The notes under the pieces are model-generated. The model was not told where the DNA came from, ran no database searches, and saw only the letters and a program-made list of their open reading frames with translations. A DNA stretch of 64,000 bases from Methanobacteriota archaeon (lineage in GTDB: Archaea; Thermoplasmatota; Poseidoniia; Poseidoniales; Poseidoniaceae): NCBI GenBank assembly GCA_018662825.1, contig JABJFI010000065.1:4223-68222 (forward strand), written 5' to 3'. The translations under genes and the position numbers were made by a program. Below, piece after piece: positions 8,735 to 17,521 of the stretch. Every line of letters starts with the position of its first letter. Positions within the stretch are counted from its first letter, which is position 1.

Positions 8735-9871
8735 TTACTCACTTGCGGCAAAGCCGTAAAAACTGGCTTTTTCAACATTTGGCAATGCTTCACGCTTGAC
8801 AAGCATAGTTCTAACAGCCCATAGGTCTACAAAGATTCTGTATTTGGTCGTTGCATCAAGGTAATCTACTCCACTTGAGCCACCAGTCCCCATTCTACGC
8901 CCAATCATTCGTTCAACCATTCGAGCATGTGCAGTACGGAACAGCAGCATTGATTGTTCAAGTCCGACAAAAGAATCGATGAGTTTCCGAGGCCATGATA
9001 GTAAAGGAAGTTCTCGATAAGATTCAATAAACAATAAACCTGCTCTTGAACGTGAAACCTCCCCATCCGGGCGAAGGAATTCTGCTGCCTGTTCTGTTGC
9101 AGATTCAATACGTGCACGAACTGGTGCTTCTTCGCCATGTCCTATCGCAACAATATGAGCGATAACTTCCTCTCCATGGGCACGCATAGCCTCCACATGG
9201 CCGTCAACAAATGCTTCAATGACGCTATCATCACCTGCTGAACTAGGGAGGGAGCCATTGATTGGAGTTCGGGCAAGCCATGCAGAGAGAGCTTCTCGAA
9301 GCGAGGGCTGGTTCGATGTTTCTTCAAAATCAGCCAATACGGAATCGGTGACTTTTCCTTCTTTGGCCAGTTTTTTCATATGGAGGAGAGGATCCATTCC
9401 CCCCATTCGTTGAGCATTATCAAGGCCAAGAAGAACTTCTAGTTCCCTCATCTGCCATGATTCAAATCCTGATGAAGTACCAAGTTTATCGCGGAAGGCC
9501 AAGAAACCTTGCGGAGTGAGTGTTTCCATCACTTTCCATTGACTAGAGAGAAGGCGCATGATTTCTATCACTCTATCTAAGTGGTGAACTATTTGAGGTA
9601 ATTTTTCTTCAGGTACATGTTCTTGGTTGAGAATAACATGCGTTTCTTTGAGTTCACGCAAAATAAGTTTGAACCATAATTCAAATGCTTGATGAACGAT
9701 GATAAAATGCTGTTCATCATTTGACGGCGCCGGACTGTAACCTTGAGGTCCGTCCTGTAAATTCAACAAAGAATCCAACTGCAAATATCCGCCGTAAGTC
9801 ATCCGATGCGTTGGTGAGTTGTCGGTCATGGTTAGGGATAGGTGGCAAGCCCTTGAACTCTTCACCCACAT
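8735..9871 (-). CDS. kynA: tryptophan 2,3-dioxygenase
   Basis: MTYGGYLQLDSLLNLQ ... DEQHFIIVHQAFELWFKLILRELKE matches the TDO signature helices. The true start may be ATG 9829. Confidence 0.8.
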   Translation of the reverse strand: MWVKSSRACHLSLTMTDNSPTHRMTYGGYLQLDSLLNLQDGPQGYSPAPSNDEQHFIIVHQAFELWFKLILRELKETHVILNQEHVPEEKLPQIVHHLDRVIEIMRLLSSQWKVMETLTPQGFLAFRDKLGTSSGFESWQMRELEVLLGLDNAQRMGGMDPLLHMKKLAKEGKVTDSVLADFEETSNQPSLREALSAWLARTPINGSLPSSAGDDSVIEAFVDGHVEAMRAHGEEVIAHIVAIGHGEEAPVRARIESATEQAAEFLRPDGEVSRSRAGLLFIESYRELPLLSWPRKLIDSFVGLEQSMLLFRTAHARMVERMIGRRMGTGGSSGVDYLDATTKYRIFVDLWAVRTMLVKREALPNVEKASFYGFAASE

Positions 9872-9898
9872 GGTGTTGATATGATTATACTCCGATGC

Positions 9899-10249
9899 TT
9901 AATTTATTGAGCCGTTGGCAAGTTTTAGGCCAATTGTATAGGCGATAATTGTGAGAATTATCGCAATAGCGAGTGCTGGCCAAAAATCCATTCCTCTTTG
10001 TAGGAAAACAGGTAATGTAAGAAAGAGGACAAGTGATGGTATGACCAACCAGAAAATGTCTTTACTGAAGGTTGCAATTTGTTCGGTATCACCTGTATCA
10101 TTGTACAACCAAATCATTGCAAATATCGAAATCAACGGCAGAGATGCAATGAGGGCGCCAAAGACATCATTTTTCTTAGCAATTTCACTTGCACCGACAA
10201 TTAACCCACCTGAGAGTACAAGACGAACAGCAAGTTGGAACCATGCCAT
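9899..10249 (-). CDS. small 4-TM membrane protein (possibly DUF3147-like)
   Basis: 116-aa ORF with four hydrophobic helices. The family assignment is tentative and from memory only. Confidence 0.55.
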   Translation of the reverse strand: MAWFQLAVRLVLSGGLIVGASEIAKKNDVFGALIASLPLISIFAMIWLYNDTGDTEQIATFSKDIFWLVIPSLVLFLTLPVFLQRGMDFWPALAIAIILTIIAYTIGLKLANGSIN

Positions 10250-10397
10250 GCAAGGTGTTTGAGCAGAGGGTATGTCGTTGTTGTGGCAAATTTTTCGTTA
10301 GACTACACTTTTGTTGGGGGAAATAAAATGCCCGAAATTCCTTACTAGGATAGATTCCAATCATAACACTCATATCACACATACTGAACCCCTCGAC

Positions 10398-11510
10398 ATG
10401 GGCGTAGATTCGGATACACTGGCGGGATGGCTCGCCAACTACGACCGAGATAACATCACAATCGGTGTTGTTGCATCTCATTCTTCTTTACAAATATTGC
10501 ATGGAGCGCGCATTGAAGGATTTCGAACGCTTGGAATTGCGGTTGGAGAAAACCGTCGTCGTTTCTATCAAGCATTCCCAGGTGCTGAACCCGATGAATG
10601 GTTAATGCTTGACAATTACCGAGAAATGCTTGATCATGCTGAATGGTTCCGTAAGCGAAATGTGGTCATTATCCCCCACGGTTCTTTGGTTGAATATCTT
10701 GGCTCAACCAATTATCGTGAACTGAAGGTTCCAACCTTTGGAAATCGTGGAATTCTCCATTGGGAAAGTAGTCGTGAACGTCAACGCCAATGGCTTGAAG
10801 CCGGCGGATGCACAATGCCAAAAGTGCTTGAAGACCCTCATGATATCGATGGCCCAGTCATTGTCAAATATGCTGGAGCAAAGGGTGGAAGAGGATATTT
10901 CATCGCCCGTAATTATCGAGATTTCAGAAGAAATGTAGATATTGAGGAAGAATTTACAATTCAAGAATACGTCCTTGGTTGCAGATATTACCTGCACTTT
11001 TTCTTCGACCCTACAGCGACCGATGGCTTCCAGGTTCGTGGTAAAGGTTCGAATGCTGGGAAAAACCTTGGCCGTCTAGAACTCCTTTCTATGGATCGAA
11101 GAGATGAATCAAATGTTGATGAATTCTACAAATTGGGTTCACTTCGCGACTTGAGAGAAATGGAACTTGAACCCTCTTTTGTGGTTACCGGAAATCAACC
11201 TGTTGTAATTCGTGAATCATTGCTTCCGAGAGCGTTTGAAATGGCCGAGGGAACGGTCGCAGAATCCTTTGAATTAGAACAAAACGCTCGTGGAATGATT
11301 GGACCGTTTTGTTTAGAAACAATTGTTACCGATGCACTAGAATTCAAAGTTTTTGAGATAAGTGCACGTATTGTTGCAGGTTCAAACCCTTTTGTCGGAG
11401 GCTCACCATACTCAGACATCAATGAAGAAAGAATGTCTACCGGGCGGCGTATTGCTCGTTCAATTCGTAAAGCATGTCAAAACAATTGTTTGGAAGATAT
11501 TCTCTCTTGA
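10398..11510 (+). CDS. purP: 5-formaminoimidazole-4-carboxamide ribonucleotide (FAICAR) synthetase, archaeal PurP
   Basis: IGVVASHSSLQILHGARIEGFRTLGI plus an ATP-grasp-like body. Start placed at ATG 10398, because the track start at 10311 is a non-ATG codon upstream. Confidence 0.85.
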   Translation: MGVDSDTLAGWLANYDRDNITIGVVASHSSLQILHGARIEGFRTLGIAVGENRRRFYQAFPGAEPDEWLMLDNYREMLDHAEWFRKRNVVIIPHGSLVEYLGSTNYRELKVPTFGNRGILHWESSRERQRQWLEAGGCTMPKVLEDPHDIDGPVIVKYAGAKGGRGYFIARNYRDFRRNVDIEEEFTIQEYVLGCRYYLHFFFDPTATDGFQVRGKGSNAGKNLGRLELLSMDRRDESNVDEFYKLGSLRDLREMELEPSFVVTGNQPVVIRESLLPRAFEMAEGTVAESFELEQNARGMIGPFCLETIVTDALEFKVFEISARIVAGSNPFVGGSPYSDINEERMSTGRRIARSIRKACQNNCLEDILS

Positions 11511-11569
11511 TATCTCAAGACATACACATTACTGTAGAGTAACCCTACAAAGAATCTGCACATCTCGAT

Positions 11570-11595
11570 TCGGATTAGAATCAAATTCAATCCGA
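11570..11595. terminator. 7-bp stem hairpin (tcggatt-N12-aatccga) between convergent genes
   Basis: Read directly. It overlaps the stop codon of the 11587-12834 gene and is followed by agtttctt on the + strand. Confidence 0.3.
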
Positions 11596-12834
11596 AGTTT
11601 CTTCATTGCTTAAAGACTCTAAATCTGGTGCGCTTGGAACCTGATCGATAACGGATAGGTATTCTTCAAGGGAAACAGTACCGTCGCCATCTTTGTCTGC
11701 CTTCTTATGAATGACTTTTGCCTCTTTCAAAGACATTCCTGTAGCCGTTGCAAGTTCTTCGACTGATAGTTGTGCACTACCATCGATATCGGCAGCAGTA
11801 AATTTGTTTTTGAGTGCGTTTAATTCAGATTCAAGTTCATGCTGCATGCGTTCACGTTCTGCTTTAGTAGCCACCTCAAAGGAGCAGACTTGCATAATAG
11901 GGTCTCCTTTGCTGAGTTCAGAAGAATATTCGTTTAGTTCTCCACCAGTGTTTACCATAACTTGGAACTTTGTTGGGTCTTTCGAACGGCGTTTATTGTG
12001 CTTTTTGTAATAATGCACATAGACATGGTATTGGCCACCAGGAGCTGTTCCTTCTGGCCAAAATACATTCTCGACGGGTTTGCGAGTTTCTGCTCTAACA
12101 TTCGCATCAACATCGAGTTCACCACCACATGCTGAAATTTTATTCCCTCCGTGAATACGTTCACCTGATGGACACACAATGTGTAAATCGAGGTCATTGT
12201 AATTGTTCCACATCAAAGAGACTTGAACATCAGATGATTTTGCACCCTCTCGCTCCAAACGTGCTTGGAGTTCTTTGATGGCTTTGGTATTCGCATTGTT
12301 TGAAGCCACTCTGGATTGCTGTGCGGCAGCAATTTCTGCGAGCCGGGCCTCTTCTGCTTCCAATAAGTCCGCTTGACGTTGATTTTCGCGTTCTGCAGCG
12401 AGACGCGCTTCTTCTTCTTCACGGCGACGGGCCTCATCTTGTTCTTCTCGAATCTTTCGCTCTGCTTCTGAAGCTAGGCGAGCCTCTTCTAGTGCTGCTT
12501 CTTTGGCTTCTTCCATCATGCGTAGACGGTCTGCTTCTTGTTGTGCTCTAGTCTGATCAAGTTGCTCTCGTGCTTGACGTTCTGCCTCTTCTAAGGCGAG
12601 GCGCCCCGAAATTACCTCTTGACGGCGACGACGGTTTTCAACAATTGCCAACTTTCTATCAATTTCTTTCTTAGCATTTCCAAAACCAGGGGCCCCAGAA
12701 CCATATTTTAGCCCTTCAGGGCTCATGCCTTGACGTGCTGAAACAGTCACATCTTTGCGGGTGAAAATATACCACAATCCAACTACAAACCCTCCGACGA
12801 GGGCAACCGAGGTCGCAACTGTTTCAAGCCCCAT
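11587..12834 (-). CDS. membrane-anchored coiled-coil protein with DUF2135-like beta domain and two EF-hand loops
   Basis: The N-terminal TM VATSVALVGGFVVGLWYIF is followed by about 130 aa of E/R/A/Q-rich coiled coil. Next comes a block VSLMWNNYNDLDLHIVCPSGERI..GGELDVDANV..PVENVFWPEG..GGQYHVYVHYY. Two EF-hand loops follow, DIDGSAQLSVEE and the canonical DKDGDGTVSLEE. Confidence 0.8.
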   Translation of the reverse strand: MGLETVATSVALVGGFVVGLWYIFTRKDVTVSARQGMSPEGLKYGSGAPGFGNAKKEIDRKLAIVENRRRRQEVISGRLALEEAERQAREQLDQTRAQQEADRLRMMEEAKEAALEEARLASEAERKIREEQDEARRREEEEARLAAERENQRQADLLEAEEARLAEIAAAQQSRVASNNANTKAIKELQARLEREGAKSSDVQVSLMWNNYNDLDLHIVCPSGERIHGGNKISACGGELDVDANVRAETRKPVENVFWPEGTAPGGQYHVYVHYYKKHNKRRSKDPTKFQVMVNTGGELNEYSSELSKGDPIMQVCSFEVATKAERERMQHELESELNALKNKFTAADIDGSAQLSVEELATATGMSLKEAKVIHKKADKDGDGTVSLEEYLSVIDQVPSAPDLESLSNEETSD

Positions 12835-12950
12835 TATAACTCCGAGAAGGTGGTAGCCTTTTGTAGCATCGGTTGAGCAGGTTCAAGAATAAAGTGAAAT
12901 TGCCTCCATGAAAAAAACACCAGAATCTAATTAGTCAATATTAGCCTCTC

Positions 12951-12957
12951 TTTATAT
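12951..12957 (+). promoter_or_regulatory. candidate TATA box (tttatat) about 20-25 nt upstream of the GTG starts at 12974/12980
   Basis: AT-rich box read directly. The spacing would imply a leaderless or near-leaderless transcript. Confidence 0.3.
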
Positions 12958-12973
12958 CACATAACGCAGTGGT

Positions 12974-13636
12974 GTGTTCGTGCGCGAAATTCATCTTAAG
13001 TGGACCGCTGAAACGGTTGCAAAATCAGAATACGCCCCAATTGCGAAAATTGCGCATTCTTTGGAAGTTGTTGGGCATCTTGACATAGGCGATATGGGGA
13101 TTCGACAACTACTATTGCCGCATTTTTGTGAAGGAATGAGTTCTAAAGATCTTAATGATGTTCCTTTTTTGACCGTTGAATCTGAACTCGAAGGAGGGCA
13201 GAGTGGCTATCTGGTTGTTTGGAATTCACATCCCCTTTCAATTGCGGCAATTCGATTTTCAAATATTCATATTCTCCCTCCATATACATACGGGGGGGAA
13301 GGAATCAATATCACTGTAAGGGGCGTCCCCGAGGGAATATCTCTCTTTTTGAAAACCTGTAGAGAATTACTTCCGCCAGATAGTGTAAAAGTTGTAGAAA
13401 TAGGGGATAATAAAAACCTCATTGAAAGTATTCTCACACCGAGGCAGGTAGAATGTGTAAAAGTCGCTGCTTCATCAGGTTATTATAAACATCCAAAGAA
13501 AATCAAATTACGTGAACTTTCTGAATTAATGAAAATACCCCGTTCGACATTACAAGAACACCTTAACAGGGCAGAGCTGGCTATGATGAATTGGTCAAGT
13601 GAGCAAATAGATTTAGAACGATGTGCAAAACCTTGA
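12974..13636 (+). CDS. HTH_10 (Bat-type) DNA-binding regulator
   Basis: The C-terminal LTPRQVECVKVAASSGYYKHPKKIKLRELSELMKIPRSTLQEHLNRAE is the archaeal HTH-10 motif. It lies immediately upstream of the aro operon. Confidence 0.75.
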   Translation: MFVREIHLKWTAETVAKSEYAPIAKIAHSLEVVGHLDIGDMGIRQLLLPHFCEGMSSKDLNDVPFLTVESELEGGQSGYLVVWNSHPLSIAAIRFSNIHILPPYTYGGEGINITVRGVPEGISLFLKTCRELLPPDSVKVVEIGDNKNLIESILTPRQVECVKVAASSGYYKHPKKIKLRELSELMKIPRSTLQEHLNRAELAMMNWSSEQIDLERCAKP

Positions 13637-13660
13637 GAACAAGAGGGTTTTGGGAGTGCC

Positions 13661-14458
13661 ATGGACAAGGCATCTCGCTTGGAATCATTGCTTCCAAATG
13701 GACGCGCTGTTTGGATTCCTATCGATCATGGCGCCTCTGATTTTCCTGTAGACGGCCTTACCGATACTAAGCATGTCATTCAATCTCTTGTTCGAGCAGG
13801 TGTTGATGCGATTGTTGCTCAAAAAGGAGTTGTTGATTATTACAACCATTTGTGTGCAGGTTCATCAACAGGGATGGTTGTCCATTTCTCGGTCTCAACA
13901 AGGCACGCAGGTCCAGATTCTTCCAACAAAGTCTTGGTAGGAAATGCAGATGAAGTAATTCCAAGAGGTGGTGTTGGCGTATCTTGTCAAGTCAATATGG
14001 GAAGTCCAAATGAAGCCGCGATGATTGAGCGCATGGGCCAAATGAGCCGAGCAGCACTTCACCACCAATTGCCCATGTTTGGCATGGTCTACGCCCGTGG
14101 TGAACATCTCTCTGTTATGGAAGGTGACGACACCAACGGAAATGCTCACGCGGTTCGGCTTGCATTTGAGTTGGGATGTGATGCTGCAAAAACAACGTGG
14201 ACAGGTGACGTAGAAAGTTTTAGAAAAATCACATCTGCTGTTCCGATTCCTGTTCTAGTTGCTGGCGGCCCATCGACTGGAGATTCGAAAGCCATTTTGA
14301 CCATGGTCCGAAATGCGCTTGATGCTGGTGCATCAGGTGTGTGCATGGGGCGACAAGTTTTTGCACATCCAAATATCGAAGGTATTGCTAAAGCATTGGT
14401 AATGCTTGTCCATAAGGATGCTTCAGTAGAAGAAGCGATGAAAACCTGTGAACTTTGA
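13661..14458 (+). CDS. aroA': 2-amino-3,7-dideoxy-D-threo-hept-6-ulosonate (ADH) synthase, class I aldolase family
   Basis: DhnA/FbaB-like RLESLLPNGRAVWIPIDHG..GVDAIVAQKG..AAKTTWTG. It is directly followed by DHQ synthase II. Confidence 0.8.
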   Translation: MDKASRLESLLPNGRAVWIPIDHGASDFPVDGLTDTKHVIQSLVRAGVDAIVAQKGVVDYYNHLCAGSSTGMVVHFSVSTRHAGPDSSNKVLVGNADEVIPRGGVGVSCQVNMGSPNEAAMIERMGQMSRAALHHQLPMFGMVYARGEHLSVMEGDDTNGNAHAVRLAFELGCDAAKTTWTGDVESFRKITSAVPIPVLVAGGPSTGDSKAILTMVRNALDAGASGVCMGRQVFAHPNIEGIAKALVMLVHKDASVEEAMKTCEL

Positions 14459-14467
14459 GGAATAGAT

Positions 14468-15496
14468 ATGGAAGTTTGGCTTGATTGTCGTAAATCTATA
14501 GAAGGGGATACTTCTTTGGAACCTGGAGTGGATAGGTTTCTTTTTTCGCGACATTCTAATTCTCAAAGAGACTTTTTTTGTGATGGTAATCACCTAATGA
14601 ATCGTGAACAACTAATCGGGTGCTTGGCGACCATTGAAACGGAAAAATCTCAAGATAATGCTCGTTCGTTGATTGGGAGTGTTGAATGGTTGGTTCTTGA
14701 ATTCACTGACTGGTCGATGATACCAATTGAAAATCTATTAGCAGCATGTGAAGGTACACCGACAAAAATTGCTGCCGTCATTACAGCACCAGAACAGGCG
14801 CAAGGTGCTGGTTTTGCATTGGAAAGAGGCGTTGACGCCTTAGTCATACCAGATATTCCTTCTATGATAGAGGCTGCGTTGATTATCAAATCGCAGCGGT
14901 TGGAACATATTTCCACTGATGACGACGAAGGTCGTTTGTTTTCTAGTAAGATTGGTATTGGAAAACTCGCTATTACCTCGATAGAATCAGGGGGGATTGC
15001 TGAACGTTATTGCATTGATATGACCCGATTATTAGACCAAGGAGAAGGGTTATTGCTCGGCTCCAGCGCCACAAGTTTTCTATTCGTACACGGAGAGACC
15101 ATTGAATCTGAATTTGTACCTACTCGCCCATTCCGAGTTAATGCGGGCCCGCCACATACTTATGTTCGCATGACTGATGGAAAAACCAAATATCTCTCCG
15201 AACTTCAATCCGGTGATGAGATTCTCTTGGTAAATACTGAAGGTTTCCAGCGTAGTGCCACGATAGGGCGGCTAAAAATTGAAATTCGACCAATGATTTT
15301 GATTAAGTGGATTGATGAAAATGATAAAGAAGGGAGCATGTTCTTACAACAAGCAGAGACAGTACGTGTAGTGGGCCTTGACAAAAAATCTAAATCAATT
15401 ACAGCATTGAAAGTGGGTGAAAGTGTCATCGGTTGGAGCGACATGGGGGCGAGGCACATTGGTGCTTCAATCTCAAGTTCTGTTTGTGAGAGATGA
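14468..15496 (+). CDS. aroB': 3-dehydroquinate synthase II (archaeal type)
   Basis: The C-terminal RPFRVNAGPPHTYVRMTDGKTKYLSELQSGDEILLV..IGRLKIEIRPMILI is characteristic of the family. Confidence 0.8.
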   Translation: MEVWLDCRKSIEGDTSLEPGVDRFLFSRHSNSQRDFFCDGNHLMNREQLIGCLATIETEKSQDNARSLIGSVEWLVLEFTDWSMIPIENLLAACEGTPTKIAAVITAPEQAQGAGFALERGVDALVIPDIPSMIEAALIIKSQRLEHISTDDDEGRLFSSKIGIGKLAITSIESGGIAERYCIDMTRLLDQGEGLLLGSSATSFLFVHGETIESEFVPTRPFRVNAGPPHTYVRMTDGKTKYLSELQSGDEILLVNTEGFQRSATIGRLKIEIRPMILIKWIDENDKEGSMFLQQAETVRVVGLDKKSKSITALKVGESVIGWSDMGARHIGASISSSVCER

Positions 15497-15500
15497 TGAA

Positions 15501-16394
15501 ATGGCTGTATTAGGTTCTGGGAATGCAAATGGCGGTTGTAGCCTCTTGCATGCTGCAGGAATTGGATATGGTGCGAGTATTGGCCTTGACTTGCCTTTAG
15601 CTGTTCGTTTACTCGATAAGCCAAGTAAGCGTAAACTCGATGACCCCGATGGATTACTCCCTGCTGTCATCAATGCTTGGCTTGCTGGTGGTTTTGAACT
15701 TCCAAATGGCCTCTCGTCAGACAAATTATATTGGGCAGTCATAAGCCAAATTCCTCCAAGACAAGGTCTCAAATCAAGCGCAGCTACAGCCATAGGTGCA
15801 CTTCGTGCACTTGCTGATTCTACCAAATCAGAAGTAAGTGATGAAGAATTTGTGGCTATGGCATCTCAAGCACAAATAGAGGCAAATGTATCTCTCACTG
15901 GTTCGATTGATGATGCTTGGGCTTGTCTTACACCTGGATGGAAACTCATTGACCCACAAGCAAATAGTATCGCTGAAGGCGTTTTGTTTGAAGGTAATGG
16001 CCCCAAATCAGAGGATTGGAGTGTCATGGTTATTTGCCGTGGAGAACGCCCTAAACGTCCAGAGTTGGAAGATTTTATCCCCTATGCTGCCTCCTATCAA
16101 AATTCACTTACGGCTTTGCAGGAAATGAATGAATTAGTCGCCTTGACTTGGAATGGTCGAGGAACTGTTGCCGTTATGAACGATGTTCAAGGGAAAAAAA
16201 TAACCAATGATGCAATCCTAAATGGCGCACGTGCTGCGGGGATGTCTGGTTCAGGGAACGCCATTGTGGTGGTTGCACCAAAGGTAAGCCAACCGACCTG
16301 TGACCGATTACTCAAACTTTTTGAAAACAACTCAAATATCAATAAAGTGATTGAAACATCGTTTTTGAGCATCGTAGCAGAAGAAGAGATGTGA
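15501..16394 (+). CDS. aroK: shikimate kinase, archaeal GHMP-kinase type
   Basis: GGCSLLHAAGIGYGASIGLDL plus GHMP motif PPRQGLKSSAATAIGALRAL. ATG 15501 lies 4 nt after the aroB' stop. Confidence 0.8.
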   Translation: MAVLGSGNANGGCSLLHAAGIGYGASIGLDLPLAVRLLDKPSKRKLDDPDGLLPAVINAWLAGGFELPNGLSSDKLYWAVISQIPPRQGLKSSAATAIGALRALADSTKSEVSDEEFVAMASQAQIEANVSLTGSIDDAWACLTPGWKLIDPQANSIAEGVLFEGNGPKSEDWSVMVICRGERPKRPELEDFIPYAASYQNSLTALQEMNELVALTWNGRGTVAVMNDVQGKKITNDAILNGARAAGMSGSGNAIVVVAPKVSQPTCDRLLKLFENNSNINKVIETSFLSIVAEEEM

Positions 16395-16438
16395 GACGCA
16401 CCTTCTTGAGGGGAGGGCGGCTCGTTCTGCTGAGTCCA

Positions 16439-17521
16439 ATGCACATGCACCTCGGAGAATGGATTCGTCTCACCCTTTTTGGGACAAGTCATGGCCCCCG
16501 CGTAGGAGCTTTTCTAGCAGGTGTGCCCGCAGGAATTGAAATCGATTTTTCGGCGATTGAACTTGCAATGATATCACGACGCCCTGGTGGCCGTTATGCT
16601 AGCAAACGTAGAGAACCGGATGTTGTTGAGATTCTATCAGGAGTGGAAGATGGCAAAACAACAGGTGATGAAATTGAGATTTCCATCACCAATGTAGATG
16701 CTAAATCTAAAGATTACAATTTCTTACCTGACCACCCTCGCCCAGGGCACCAAGACATGGTGATGCAAAAGAGGACCAACGGAGAGGCTGACTTACGCGG
16801 CGGGGGGGTTTCAAGTGCTCGATTAACCGCTGCATTAGTCGCTTCAGCAGCATTACTCTCTCCACTTCTCAACAAACTGGGCATTGAATGTGAAGCGCAT
16901 GTTGGGGCAATGGGCCAGATAAAATCACAACCAATAGAGCAATGCCCACCTCGGTGGAAAACAAATGAATGCAAAGAAATGCGATGCAGAGACCCTATTG
17001 CAGCCCTTGCGATGATCGAAACATTAGAACAACACCGTAAGGACCGTAATTCAATTGGAAGTCGAGTCGACCTCCGTATTACTGGAGTGCCATTGGGATT
17101 AGGTGAACCTTGGTTTGATGGACTTGAACCTGCTCTTGCACGTGCTATGTTAGCCATCCCTGCTGCTCGTGGCGTCACATTTGGACGAGGATTTGATGTC
17201 GTGGAAATGACAGGAAAAGAACACAATGACCCATGGGGTGGAACTGCTGAACATCCTAAATTAATCGGTGAAAAACCGGACGGTGTTCTGGCTGGTCTTG
17301 CAACCGGTTCCCCGATTCATGTATCGGTTGCATTCAAACCGCCATCGAGCATTTCTGCAGAACAACACACTCTCAATTTAGCAACTGATTCGATAGAACC
17401 ATTGGTTGTCGGTGGCCGACATGACCCTGTGTTGGGTCCAAGGGCAGTTGCTGTTGTCGAAGCAATGGCTAAACTTATCCTCTGTGACCTTGCACTGCGT
17501 GGGGGTTTCTGTGATGAGTAA
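16439..17521 (+). CDS. aroC: chorismate synthase
   Basis: LTLFGTSHGPRVGAFLAGVPAGIEID..ISRRPGG..HDPVLGPRA motifs. The start could be 16439 or 16445. Confidence 0.85.
   Translation: MHMHLGEWIRLTLFGTSHGPRVGAFLAGVPAGIEIDFSAIELAMISRRPGGRYASKRREPDVVEILSGVEDGKTTGDEIEISITNVDAKSKDYNFLPDHPRPGHQDMVMQKRTNGEADLRGGGVSSARLTAALVASAALLSPLLNKLGIECEAHVGAMGQIKSQPIEQCPPRWKTNECKEMRCRDPIAALAMIETLEQHRKDRNSIGSRVDLRITGVPLGLGEPWFDGLEPALARAMLAIPAARGVTFGRGFDVVEMTGKEHNDPWGGTAEHPKLIGEKPDGVLAGLATGSPIHVSVAFKPPSSISAEQHTLNLATDSIEPLVVGGRHDPVLGPRAVAVVEAMAKLILCDLALRGGFCDE

Noticed and set aside
16714-17226. 170-aa ORF antisense to chorismate synthase
   Set aside because: It is a shadow ORF opposite a gene with clear family motifs, and its translation is Ser/Pro/Arg-rich without features.
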